Source of the DNA: Pseudomonadota bacterium
Lineage (GTDB): Bacteria > Pseudomonadota > Gammaproteobacteria > Pseudomonadales > Halieaceae
Assembly (NCBI GenBank): GCA_039818725.1
Contig: JBCBTK010000002.1
Coordinates: forward strand, 256,817-288,816
Length of the DNA: 32,000 nucleotides
Reading direction: 5' to 3'
This document shows positions 1 through 7,453 of the stretch, one piece after another (within the stretch, counting starts at the first letter, position 1; each line of letters opens with the position of its first letter). The translations under genes were made by a program, and so were the position numbers. The notes beneath the pieces are model-generated. The model was not told where the DNA came from, ran no database searches, and worked only from the letters and a program-made list of their open reading frames with translations.

Positions 1-229
1 GCAGTGCGCCGAGATTGCGTGGGTGGCGGTGATAGCGAACCCTTGGGTCCGCGTTCGCGTACCGCAGGCAGATTTCACGTGTGCGGTCGGTCGACGCGTT
101 GTCGGCTATGAAGACCTCGAAGTCTGATAAGGTCTGCGACAGGATCGAATCGAGCGACTCCTCGAGCCATTGTTCACCGTTGAATACCGGTATACCGACC
201 GCGATCAGATGTTGAGTACCGGTCTGCAC
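1..229 (-). CDS. Family 2 (GT-A fold) glycosyltransferase, N-terminal 76 codons only; the rest lies beyond the window edge
   Basis: Absent from the ORF track because it runs off the edge. Minus-strand translation from GTG at 229 gives VQTGTQHLIAVGIPVFNGEQWLEESLDSILSQTLSDFEVFIADNASTDRTREICLRYANADPRVRYHRHPRNLGAL. This is the canonical GT2 N-terminus (IPxxN ... Q ... DxE ... DNxSxD). It is clearly paralogous to the N-terminus of 10110..11009. Confidence 0.8.
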   Translation of the reverse strand, partial: MQTGTQHLIAVGIPVFNGEQWLEESLDSILSQTLSDFEVFIADNASTDRTREICLRYANADPRVRYHRHPRNLGAL

Positions 230-235
230 TTTGGG

Positions 236-367
236 TTACTCGCCAGTCTGGTCGATCATCTGCAGGTGAGTCTTCATTGGGGTGTTCGGGAAGGCGTACG
301 GATTGGTGTTCGGGAAAGTGTTCGGATTGGTGTTCGGAAAGGTCTTCGTACCAGTTTGCATGTTCAT
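236..367 (-). CDS. Hypothetical 43-aa repeat peptide / upstream ORF (MNMQTGTKTFPNTNPNTFPNTNPYAFPNTPMKTHLQMIDQTGE)
   Basis: Hand translation; too short for the ORF track. ATG at 367 has AGGT 6 nt upstream. TAA at 236-238 lies in the same frame as the GT2 GTG start at 229, two codons upstream of it. The central part is encoded by the 12-bp tandem repeats at 281-352. Coding status is unproven. Confidence 0.3.
   Translation of the reverse strand: MNMQTGTKTFPNTNPNTFPNTNPYAFPNTPMKTHLQMIDQTGE
281..352. repeat. Imperfect tandem repeat: 3 x 24 bp, equivalent to 6 x 12 bp
   Basis: The 24-bp units are ggtgttcgggaaggcgtacggatt, ggtgttcgggaaagtgttcggatt and ggtgttcggaaaggtcttcgtacc, read directly at 281-304, 305-328 and 329-352. 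Each unit is itself two related 12-mers. Confidence 0.9.
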
Positions 368-417
368 CTTTGTACCTGCACCCGATTCCGCTTCGCGGAC
401 TCATGGCGGCTGGTTCT

Positions 418-458
418 CCCCATGAGTAGTCGCTACCCATGAGTAACCGCTACCCATG
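418..458. repeat. 17-bp direct repeat, two copies plus a 7-bp partial third, in a divergent intergenic region
   Basis: cccatgagtagtcgcta (418-434), cccatgagtaaccgcta (435-451), cccatgg (452-458). It lies between the minus-strand uORF/GT2 unit and the plus-strand GT4 gene, so it may be an operator or promoter element. Function is unknown. Confidence 0.7.
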
Positions 459-584
459 GTCGGTCCATCTGCGCGGCGCCGCGGCGAGTTCCCGTCCGGT
501 GGAAGTATCTCACGGGCGTTGCTTCAGAACTCCGGGGCACTCGCCATTGGCCGACGGGCATAGCTAGCCGCAGCGCGAGGAGCG

Positions 585-1757
585 ATGACTGAGGGACCGA
601 TCAAAGTTCTTACCGCTGTATGGCAAACCGAAGTCGGCGACGCGGTTGCCGAACAGATTGAGGCCTTTCGCCATTTCGATCGCGATGCGGTGCAAGTGGA
701 TTTCCTCATATCATCGCAGTTTGAAGGGCGCTATGACGCAGTAATCAGAGAATGCGGCGGTCGTGTGGTTCTGGGTAAGGATTCGTCTCGTGGTCGTCGA
801 AACTTGCGCGAACTTGCCGCAATCAATGGCCAGTTTGGACCTTACGATGTGGTGCACAGTCATCGCTATTCGCACTATCGCGGCGTTGCGCTGCTCGATG
901 CGGCAGAGCGATTGCACATACCGGTTCGCATTGCGCACACGCACTTTATTCCGCCATTCGAACAGGTCGGCCTGAGTCGTATGTTCAGCCGAATCAAATC
1001 CAGCATGGCGCGCCGCAGCTACACGCACGGGCTTGCGAACACGCAGGCGGCTGCACTGGATTTCTTCGGACCGGGCTGGGAACGAGATCCGCGAGTCCGC
1101 GTCCTTCCTCCGGCCTGTGACTATGACCTAATGCCAAACACGGAGGGCAAACCAGATGAAAGTGCCGCGCGTCGTTCTGAGTTCCTGCTGGCCTGCGTCA
1201 GCGATTACACAAACTTGCTGGACCTTGCGTTCACTTTGTCGGTCGCTGATGAATTGCGAAAATCAAACGCGAACTTTCGCTTGGCGATGATAGGAGACGG
1301 GCCGCTACAAACACTGATCAGACAACAAGTGCGCTTCGCCGGTTTATCGGAGCACGTGATGTTTGTGGATGTCGATGATATGGCCGACGTTCTCCAACGG
1401 ACAGATGCGATGCTCACGCCCGCTTCCCATGCGCTGTTAAGCAGCAGCGTACTGCAAGCGCAGGCCGCTGGAGTGCCCTGCTTTTTATCTGATCTTGTGT
1501 GCGACGAAGCAAGCGTTGTTGAGTCCCTGGTACACAGATTCCAGCAGCAGGATGGACCGGAGGCATGCGCAACTTGCATAGAGCGCTTCGCCAGTAAGAA
1601 GCGAATTTCCGCGGCGGATCGAGAGCGGGCGCGTCGGCTCTGCCGAGAAAGCGGTCGCGACGTACGCGACTATGCGCGGCAGCTCCACGGCATTTATGCT
1701 CAATGCCATCCCTGGGCACAACAAACTGTCGTAAACCGAGGATCGCTAGTCCCATGA
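585..1757 (+). CDS. GT4 (group 1, EpsF-like) glycosyltransferase with a substituted EX7E motif
   Basis: 390-aa ORF with GAGGAG immediately upstream of the ATG. The N-terminal half has DVVHSH and IPVRIAHTHF. The C-terminal half has FRLAMIGDGP and LQAQAAGVPCFLSD, the typical GT-B/GT4 layout. The stop overlaps the next start (ATGA at 1754-1757). Confidence 0.75.
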   Translation: MTEGPIKVLTAVWQTEVGDAVAEQIEAFRHFDRDAVQVDFLISSQFEGRYDAVIRECGGRVVLGKDSSRGRRNLRELAAINGQFGPYDVVHSHRYSHYRGVALLDAAERLHIPVRIAHTHFIPPFEQVGLSRMFSRIKSSMARRSYTHGLANTQAAALDFFGPGWERDPRVRVLPPACDYDLMPNTEGKPDESAARRSEFLLACVSDYTNLLDLAFTLSVADELRKSNANFRLAMIGDGPLQTLIRQQVRFAGLSEHVMFVDVDDMADVLQRTDAMLTPASHALLSSSVLQAQAAGVPCFLSDLVCDEASVVESLVHRFQQQDGPEACATCIERFASKKRISAADRERARRLCRESGRDVRDYARQLHGIYAQCHPWAQQTVVNRGSLVP

Positions 1758-2701
1758 GTTCGGGTTCGGACTTTCTGGCGGTGGTCGGTTTGCCAACCTT
1801 CAAGAGGCCGCAGGGCCTCACTCGCTTACTCGAATCGCTGGAAAAGCAGCTCGTCGATTTTCGCGTGCAGATCCTTGTAGCGGATAACGATGAGGATAAG
1901 CAGGAAGGCGTGCAGGTCGTTGCGGATTTGAAGCGGCGGGGTTTTCGATTTCCGCTGGACTCCTTTGTCGTGGCGGAACGCGGGATCTCTCAGGTTCGCA
2001 ACGCGCTGATGCGACGGGCCTTTGAGGAGTATCAGTGTGACGTGCTGGCCATGCTGGACGACGACGAGTGGGCGGAAGAGGAATGGTTGAGCGCTCTGGT
2101 CCGTGTGCAAAGGCTCACGAATGCTGACGTCGTAGGGGGCAATGTACTCGCGGAGTTTACCGATCCGCCTCCTAGCTGGTTGAAAGACCTCGAAGGGTAT
2201 CCTAGAAAAAACCCACCTCTGAGCGGTTATGTCCCACTGATTTATGGTACGACAAACGTGTTGCTTAGCAGAGCAGTCACGACGCGCTTTCCAGGGCAGC
2301 ATTTTGATCCCTTTTACGCGCTTGTAGGGCGCGGTGACACGGAGTTTTTCACCCGCTTAAAGAAGCTCGGCGCCATTTTTGCGTTTTCCCACCAGGCAAA
2401 AAGCCACGAAGTTTTTGGACCCTCCCGTACCACCAAGCAATGGGCGCGAGAACGCGCGTTCTGCGATGGTGCGGCCCATATGCGGATTGTGCTGCGAGAC
2501 TGGCCCGGACTCGTAGGGATGGCCGTAGAATTTATGAGGATGTTTGGGGCAGTCGCTGTAGCGCTGGCACGAATCGGCGTCAACCCGCGGCGTGATGACA
2601 GAAGAATGGCGGGTCAAATTCTGATCATGCGTCAGGTTGGAAAACTCAGTGCCCTATCCGGAAAATACAAAAAGGTGTACCGCGAGGTACACGGAAACTG
2701 A
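1754..2701 (+). CDS. Family 2 glycosyltransferase
   Basis: The track ORF 1703..2701 is trimmed to the ATG at 1754, which overlaps the upstream TGA (ATGA). The sequence has FLAVVGLPTFKRPQGLTRLLESLEKQ, ILVADNDEDKQ and the DxD-type motif AMLDDDEW. Confidence 0.8.
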   Translation: MSSGSDFLAVVGLPTFKRPQGLTRLLESLEKQLVDFRVQILVADNDEDKQEGVQVVADLKRRGFRFPLDSFVVAERGISQVRNALMRRAFEEYQCDVLAMLDDDEWAEEEWLSALVRVQRLTNADVVGGNVLAEFTDPPPSWLKDLEGYPRKNPPLSGYVPLIYGTTNVLLSRAVTTRFPGQHFDPFYALVGRGDTEFFTRLKKLGAIFAFSHQAKSHEVFGPSRTTKQWARERAFCDGAAHMRIVLRDWPGLVGMAVEFMRMFGAVAVALARIGVNPRRDDRRMAGQILIMRQVGKLSALSGKYKKVYREVHGN

Positions 2702-2768
2702 TCGGCACGGATGAGAACCCGGTCGCGATTTCTACTGTTCGTGGTGATGACGTTTGCGTCTTGCGCGG

Positions 2769-4064
2769 ATGATGTTCGCTGCTACTGGAGTTCCGTTCCA
2801 TGTCATCCAATCTGAGGAGAGACTTCGATTGCAGCCCTGCAACGCCTGTCGGTTTTGTGGCGCCAAGCTTCAGACCACCTTCGTCGATTTAGGAAAGACT
2901 CCGCTGTGCGAAACCTTTCTGAACAGTGAAGCTCTGAGTGAACCTGAGTCCTTTTATCCCCTGCACGCTTTCGTTTGTGCTGAGTGCTTTCTAGTTCAAC
3001 TACCGGAGCATGTGAGTCCACCAGAGATTTATCGCGATTATCCGTACTTCTCCTCCTTCTCATCAAGCTGGGTGGCTCATGCGCGGGACTACTGCACCTC
3101 GATAGTGGACGAGCTTCGACTCGACGCGACATCACTGGTCGTCGAAGTAGCAAGCAACGACGGCTATCTGTTGCAGCACTTCATCGAACGAGAAATACCG
3201 TGCGTGGGTATCGAGCCAGCAAAAAACGTGGCGTTGGTAGCCCAGGAAAAGGGAATCACCACAGAGGTAGCCTTTCTCGGTAGTGCGGTGGCTGATCAAC
3301 TCGCGGAGCGCCATGGTCTGGCTGACCTTGTTATCGCCAACAATGTTCTGGCACATGTGCCCGATATCAATGACTTTATTCAGGCTTTGAAGATGTTAAT
3401 CGGACCTGAGGGGAGGGCCACCCTGGAGTTTCCTCATCTACTTTGCCTCATGAGAGAGATCCAGTTCGACACGATTTATCATGAGCACTTCTCCTATCTC
3501 TCTTTGTTCTTCGTCGAACAGGCGTTTGCCCGTTGGGGCCTGCGTGTATTTGACGTCGAGGAAATCCCTACCCACGGAGGATCCCTTCGAGTTCACGTTG
3601 CCCACAGCGAGTCAAATCGAGGGGCGAGGTCCGAGCGCATGGAGCGCGTGCTAGCTGATGAAGTTGACTACGGATTGAGAACCCTGGATGTCTATCGGAG
3701 ATTTGGCCGCGACGTGGTGAAACTGAAAAACGAGTTGCTGCTGTTCCTGGTCACCGCAAAGAACTCGGGGAAAAAAGTGGTGGGCTACGGGGCACCCGGC
3801 AAGGGAAACACCCTGCTGAACTACTGCGGTATCCGCTCTGACCTACTGGAATATACAGTCGATATCAGTCCCCACAAGCAGGGTCTCTATACCCCCGGAA
3901 CGCATATCCCGATCTACAGTCCCGATAAAATATTCGAGACAAAGCCCGATTATCTACTGATCCTTCCGTGGAACCTTGCCACGGAGATCACCCAGCAGAT
4001 GCATGCGATTCGCGCCTGGGACGGAAAGTTCGTTACTCCCGTGCCAAAGGTTACTGTTCACTAG
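2769..4064 (+). CDS. NDP-hexose C-methyltransferase-type class I SAM methyltransferase (TylCIII-like, N-terminal Zn ribbon)
   Basis: Four-Cys N-terminus (CNAC ... CAEC) and a SAM-binding core (VVEVASNDGYLL, DLVIANNVLAHVPD). The C-terminal domain (GYGAPGKGNTLLNY ... YLLILPWNL) is typical of the sugar C-methyltransferase family. The start is uncertain: TTG 2754 (track), ATG 2769, or TTG 2826. The last has GAGGAG 9 nt upstream and would give MQPCNACRFCG. Confidence 0.8.
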   Translation: MMFAATGVPFHVIQSEERLRLQPCNACRFCGAKLQTTFVDLGKTPLCETFLNSEALSEPESFYPLHAFVCAECFLVQLPEHVSPPEIYRDYPYFSSFSSSWVAHARDYCTSIVDELRLDATSLVVEVASNDGYLLQHFIEREIPCVGIEPAKNVALVAQEKGITTEVAFLGSAVADQLAERHGLADLVIANNVLAHVPDINDFIQALKMLIGPEGRATLEFPHLLCLMREIQFDTIYHEHFSYLSLFFVEQAFARWGLRVFDVEEIPTHGGSLRVHVAHSESNRGARSERMERVLADEVDYGLRTLDVYRRFGRDVVKLKNELLLFLVTAKNSGKKVVGYGAPGKGNTLLNYCGIRSDLLEYTVDISPHKQGLYTPGTHIPIYSPDKIFETKPDYLLILPWNLATEITQQMHAIRAWDGKFVTPVPKVTVH

Positions 4065-4143
4065 CCGCGATCGAATTCCACCCATATCGGATTGAGATGG
4101 ATCAAATGTCACTGCGAGGACACGCCGCAAAGGGATTTCCAGC

Positions 4144-5181
4144 ATGCGAGTGCTGATAACCGGTACGGAGGGTTACATCGGCACCCGCCTCGCCGCATCG
4201 TTGCGGACCGGCGGTGTTGACGTTGTCGGTTTGGATACGGGGTTTTATTGCGACGGTACTCTGTACTCGGATTCGGCCGGCCAGCCACGGTCACCCGCGG
4301 CTGAGTTGCAGGATCTGCGTAGCTTGCGTGAGTCGGAATTGCGCGGAATAGACGCGGTTGTTCACCTGGCTGAATTGTCCAATGACCCTCTGGGTGAGTA
4401 TCGGCCATCAGTCACCTATGAAATAAATCACCAAGGATCCGTTCGTCTTGCAAAAGCCGCGCGGGCGGCTGGAGTCAAGCGCTTTGTCTATGCGTCTTCA
4501 TGTAGCGTCTATGGCGTCTCCGACGAGGAGCTTGTAGATGAACGGTCAGCAATTAATCCACAGACCGCCTATGCTGACTGCAAGAGGCTGGTTGAGCGTG
4601 ATCTGGCGGCGCTATCCGACGCAAGTTTCGCGGTGGTTTTTCTTCGTAATGCGACCGCATACGGGCCCTCACCTCGGATGCGATTCGACATTGTCATAAA
4701 TGACCTCTGTGGCATGGCGTGGACTCGGAAGCACATACAACTGCTCAGCGATGGGACCCCTTGGCGCCCTGTCGTGCATGTCGAGGACATCTGCGCTGCG
4801 TTTCGATGTGCCCTCGATGCCCCCGAGGAACTCGTTAACGGCGAAGTATTCAACGTTGGCCATAGCTCCGAGAACTACCGTATCTCAGAGCTGGCGAATC
4901 TGGTGGCGAGTGTATTTCCGGACTGTGATCTTTCGATCGGTGAGCCGAGCGGGGACAACCGCAGCTACCGAGTCTCTTTCGATAAGATCCTTCATCAGCT
5001 ACCGGGATACAAACCCCGCTGGACCGCTGAGCGCGGTGTGCGCGAATTACGCGAGTTGTTTGACCGAATTCAGCTGACGCGCGAGCAGTATGAGTTTCGC
5101 GCGTTCACCCGCTTGAAACAGCTGCGCTACCTACGCGATACCGGACGGATCGATCAGAACCTTTATTGGCAAAGTCGTTGA
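4144..5181 (+). CDS. NAD-dependent nucleotide-sugar epimerase/dehydratase (extended SDR)
   Basis: MRVLITGTEGYIGTRL (GxxGxxG), ASSCSVYG, and the catalytic YxxxK (YADCK). 345 aa. Confidence 0.85.
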   Translation: MRVLITGTEGYIGTRLAASLRTGGVDVVGLDTGFYCDGTLYSDSAGQPRSPAAELQDLRSLRESELRGIDAVVHLAELSNDPLGEYRPSVTYEINHQGSVRLAKAARAAGVKRFVYASSCSVYGVSDEELVDERSAINPQTAYADCKRLVERDLAALSDASFAVVFLRNATAYGPSPRMRFDIVINDLCGMAWTRKHIQLLSDGTPWRPVVHVEDICAAFRCALDAPEELVNGEVFNVGHSSENYRISELANLVASVFPDCDLSIGEPSGDNRSYRVSFDKILHQLPGYKPRWTAERGVRELRELFDRIQLTREQYEFRAFTRLKQLRYLRDTGRIDQNLYWQSR

Positions 5182-5762
5182 AGTTCATTCCGAAAACACT
5201 CGCTGGCGTTTATGAGTTGGAGCTTGAAAGGATCAGCGACTCGCGTGGCTATTTTGCCCGGCAATGGTGTCGCGAGGAGTTTGCCCGGAAGCACATTGAC
5301 TTCGAACCGGTACAGATGAGCACATCGGGCAACACCGAGCGAGGCACCCTGCGAGGCCTGCACTTCCAGTGGCCTCCTTCCTTCGAGGCGAAGCTTGTCA
5401 GTTGTACCTTTGGAAAAATCTGCGATGTCGTGGTTGATCTCAGACCTGATTCGCACACGTTTATGCAGCATCACTGCGTCGAATTAGACGCTGACAAAAA
5501 GAACATGCTGTATATACCTCCTGGTGTTGCTCACGGTTACCAGACGCTGACCGACAGTGCGCAGGTCAGCTACGTGATGTCGGATTTTTTTGCTCCCGAG
5601 CTCTCAGACGGGATCCGCTATAACGACCCCGCGTTCGGTGTAAGCTGGCCCCTAACGGTCACGCGAATTGCGGACCGCGATGCACGCTACAAGGATTTTG
5701 ACCCGGAAGAGCATTGCGCGCGCTACCGCAAAATTGCGCCCACCGGCCATATTTCAAGCTGA
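5166..5762 (+). CDS. RmlC-like NDP-4-keto-6-deoxyhexose 3,5-epimerase (cupin)
   Basis: DSRGYF, LRGLHFQ, KLVSCTFGKICDVVVDLR, LYIPPGVAHGYQTL and DPAFGVSWP follow the RmlC pattern. The start is TTG 5166, or TTG 5178, which overlaps the upstream TGA (TTGA at 5178-5181). Confidence 0.8.
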   Translation: MAKSLKFIPKTLAGVYELELERISDSRGYFARQWCREEFARKHIDFEPVQMSTSGNTERGTLRGLHFQWPPSFEAKLVSCTFGKICDVVVDLRPDSHTFMQHHCVELDADKKNMLYIPPGVAHGYQTLTDSAQVSYVMSDFFAPELSDGIRYNDPAFGVSWPLTVTRIADRDARYKDFDPEEHCARYRKIAPTGHISS

Positions 5763-5774
5763 GACTTATCGAAG

Positions 5775-6410
5775 ATGAAACCCCGCATTGATCTGAACGG
5801 AGCTGATCGTGTTCTGTGCATCGGGGCGCACGCTGATGACATAGAGCTGGGTGCCGGTGGAACGCTACTGAATCTGCTCGCTGACAAACCGAGCATAGAG
5901 ATGCACTGGTGCGTGCTAACCGGTGCTGGCACTCACCGAGAGAAAGAGGCACGACGATCTGCGGCACTATTCGCAGAGAACAGCATTGACGTGGAAGTCT
6001 TCGACTTTCAGGATACGCGCCTTCCCTGGCAGGGCAACGCTGTGAAGGATGTGTTTCGGGATATCGGTCGGCGCCTGGATCCCGACCTCATCTTCACGCA
6101 CCATGGCGATGACCACCATCAGGACCATCGTCTGATATCCGAGCTGACTTGGAATACCTGGCGCAATCACCTGATCTTTGAATACGAAATTCATAAATGG
6201 GAAGGCGATCTGGGGCGACCCAATGCTTATGTTCCACTGACCGAGGAAGTCAGTTACCGCAAGGCAGAGTTGATCTACCAGGCGTACGAAACGCAGCAGT
6301 CACGACGCTGGTTTCGAAAGGAGAACTTTATTGCGCTGATGCGAATTCGGGGTGTTGAATGCCACCACGACTTCGCCGAGGCCTTCCATGCAAAAAAGCT
6401 GATCTGCTAA
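5775..6410 (+). CDS. PIG-L/LmbE family N-acetyl-sugar deacetylase
   Basis: VLCIGAHADDIELGAGGTLL (AHxDDxxxGxGG metal-site motif) and THHGDDHHQDHR (HxDH). 211 aa. Confidence 0.8.
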   Translation: MKPRIDLNGADRVLCIGAHADDIELGAGGTLLNLLADKPSIEMHWCVLTGAGTHREKEARRSAALFAENSIDVEVFDFQDTRLPWQGNAVKDVFRDIGRRLDPDLIFTHHGDDHHQDHRLISELTWNTWRNHLIFEYEIHKWEGDLGRPNAYVPLTEEVSYRKAELIYQAYETQQSRRWFRKENFIALMRIRGVECHHDFAEAFHAKKLIC

Positions 6411-6427
6411 CCGCCCTCCGGGCGAAG

Positions 6428-7198
6428 CTACCAAACCTGCCAAGGTCGGTGGTTCCGACTTTCCATTTCGTCGAACGCTTTTTTATCCTTGGGCGTATCG
6501 ATACAAGCCCAGAAACCGCTGTGACGATAGGCGGTTAGCTCCGATTCGACAATCAGACGCTGGAACGGTTCTTCCACCAGTTCCTCACCCTCTCCAAGGT
6601 AATCAAAAATTCGCTGACTGAATGCGAAAAAGCCACCGTTAATCCAGGTATCAGACTCGCTCGCCGAGCGAAGACCGACGACTGTCCCATCCTCTTCCAG
6701 ATCAACCACATGGTAGCTTTGGCTGGGCCGCACGCAGGCAAAACTGGCTACCTTGTTTTTTTCGAGGAAGGTATGTACGTACCGGTCCAGCGGCAGATCT
6801 GAAAGCCCATCGCTGTAATTGGCTAAAAAATAAGGGTCGTCGCCGATAAACGGGCGGACCGCCGCTAGGCGCTCTCCTATATTGCTGTGCAGGCCAGTGT
6901 CGACGAAGGTGATCTTCCAGTCCGAAATGTCCTTGTTCAATAGAACCGGCTCGCCGCTGTCACCTCGCAGTTCAAAGTCGTTGGAATGCCATTCGCGATA
7001 GTTAACGAAGTAGTCCTTTATCTGGTTTCCCAGATAACCCAGGCACAAAATAAAGTCGCGATGGCCGTAATGAGCGTAGTACATCATGAGATGCCAAAGA
7101 ATCGGACGCTGCCCGATGCTGACCATGGGCTTGGGTGTAGTGTCCTGATGGCCTCGAAGTCGTGTGCCGAGACCGCCACAAAAAAAAACAACCTTCAT
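6428..7198 (-). CDS. rfbF: Glucose-1-phosphate cytidylyltransferase
   Basis: The track ORF is trimmed to the ATG at 7198. The sequence MKVVFFCGGLGTRLRGHQDTTPKPMVSIGQRPILWHLMMYYAHYGHRDFILCLGY and its 256-aa length match RfbF. GGAAGG lies upstream. Confidence 0.9.
   Translation of the reverse strand: MKVVFFCGGLGTRLRGHQDTTPKPMVSIGQRPILWHLMMYYAHYGHRDFILCLGYLGNQIKDYFVNYREWHSNDFELRGDSGEPVLLNKDISDWKITFVDTGLHSNIGERLAAVRPFIGDDPYFLANYSDGLSDLPLDRYVHTFLEKNKVASFACVRPSQSYHVVDLEEDGTVVGLRSASESDTWINGGFFAFSQRIFDYLGEGEELVEEPFQRLIVESELTAYRHSGFWACIDTPKDKKAFDEMESRNHRPWQVW
7180..7188 (-). repeat. T9 homopolymer (A9 on the plus strand) inside rfbF codons 4-7
   Basis: The minus strand reads ATG AAG GTT GTT TTT TTT TGT GGC. 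This is the longest homopolymer I found in the window. Confidence 0.95.
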
Positions 7199-7453
7199 AG
7201 TCCGAACATGCCTTCCCTTTCTACTCACTCGTACACTCACGCACTCGCACTTACTCGCGCCGTGACTCTTGTGGTCCTATCCGGATAACGCGCTGGATCC
7301 AACGTCCCGTTCCATTACTTGACATGCTTTCAGAGTCCACGGAAGACGCTGCAACAAGGCGCCTTGGCTGATACGCCGAAGTTATGCGAATCAATGGAAA
7401 AGGACACGAGCTGAAAACGGACCAGCGGTTTGTGGCGCCCGGACGTCTTTGCA

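Noticed and set aside
170-442. Track ORFs 170..442 (+, 90 aa) and 174..440 (-, 88 aa) over the tandem-repeat region
   Set aside because: Both overlap the GT2 start. Their repeat-derived sequences (GVREGVRIGVRE and EHQSEHFPEHQS) sit in frames with no start context. The alternative minus-strand frame gives a cleaner uORF that ends just before the GT2 start, and that is the one I report, itself at low confidence.
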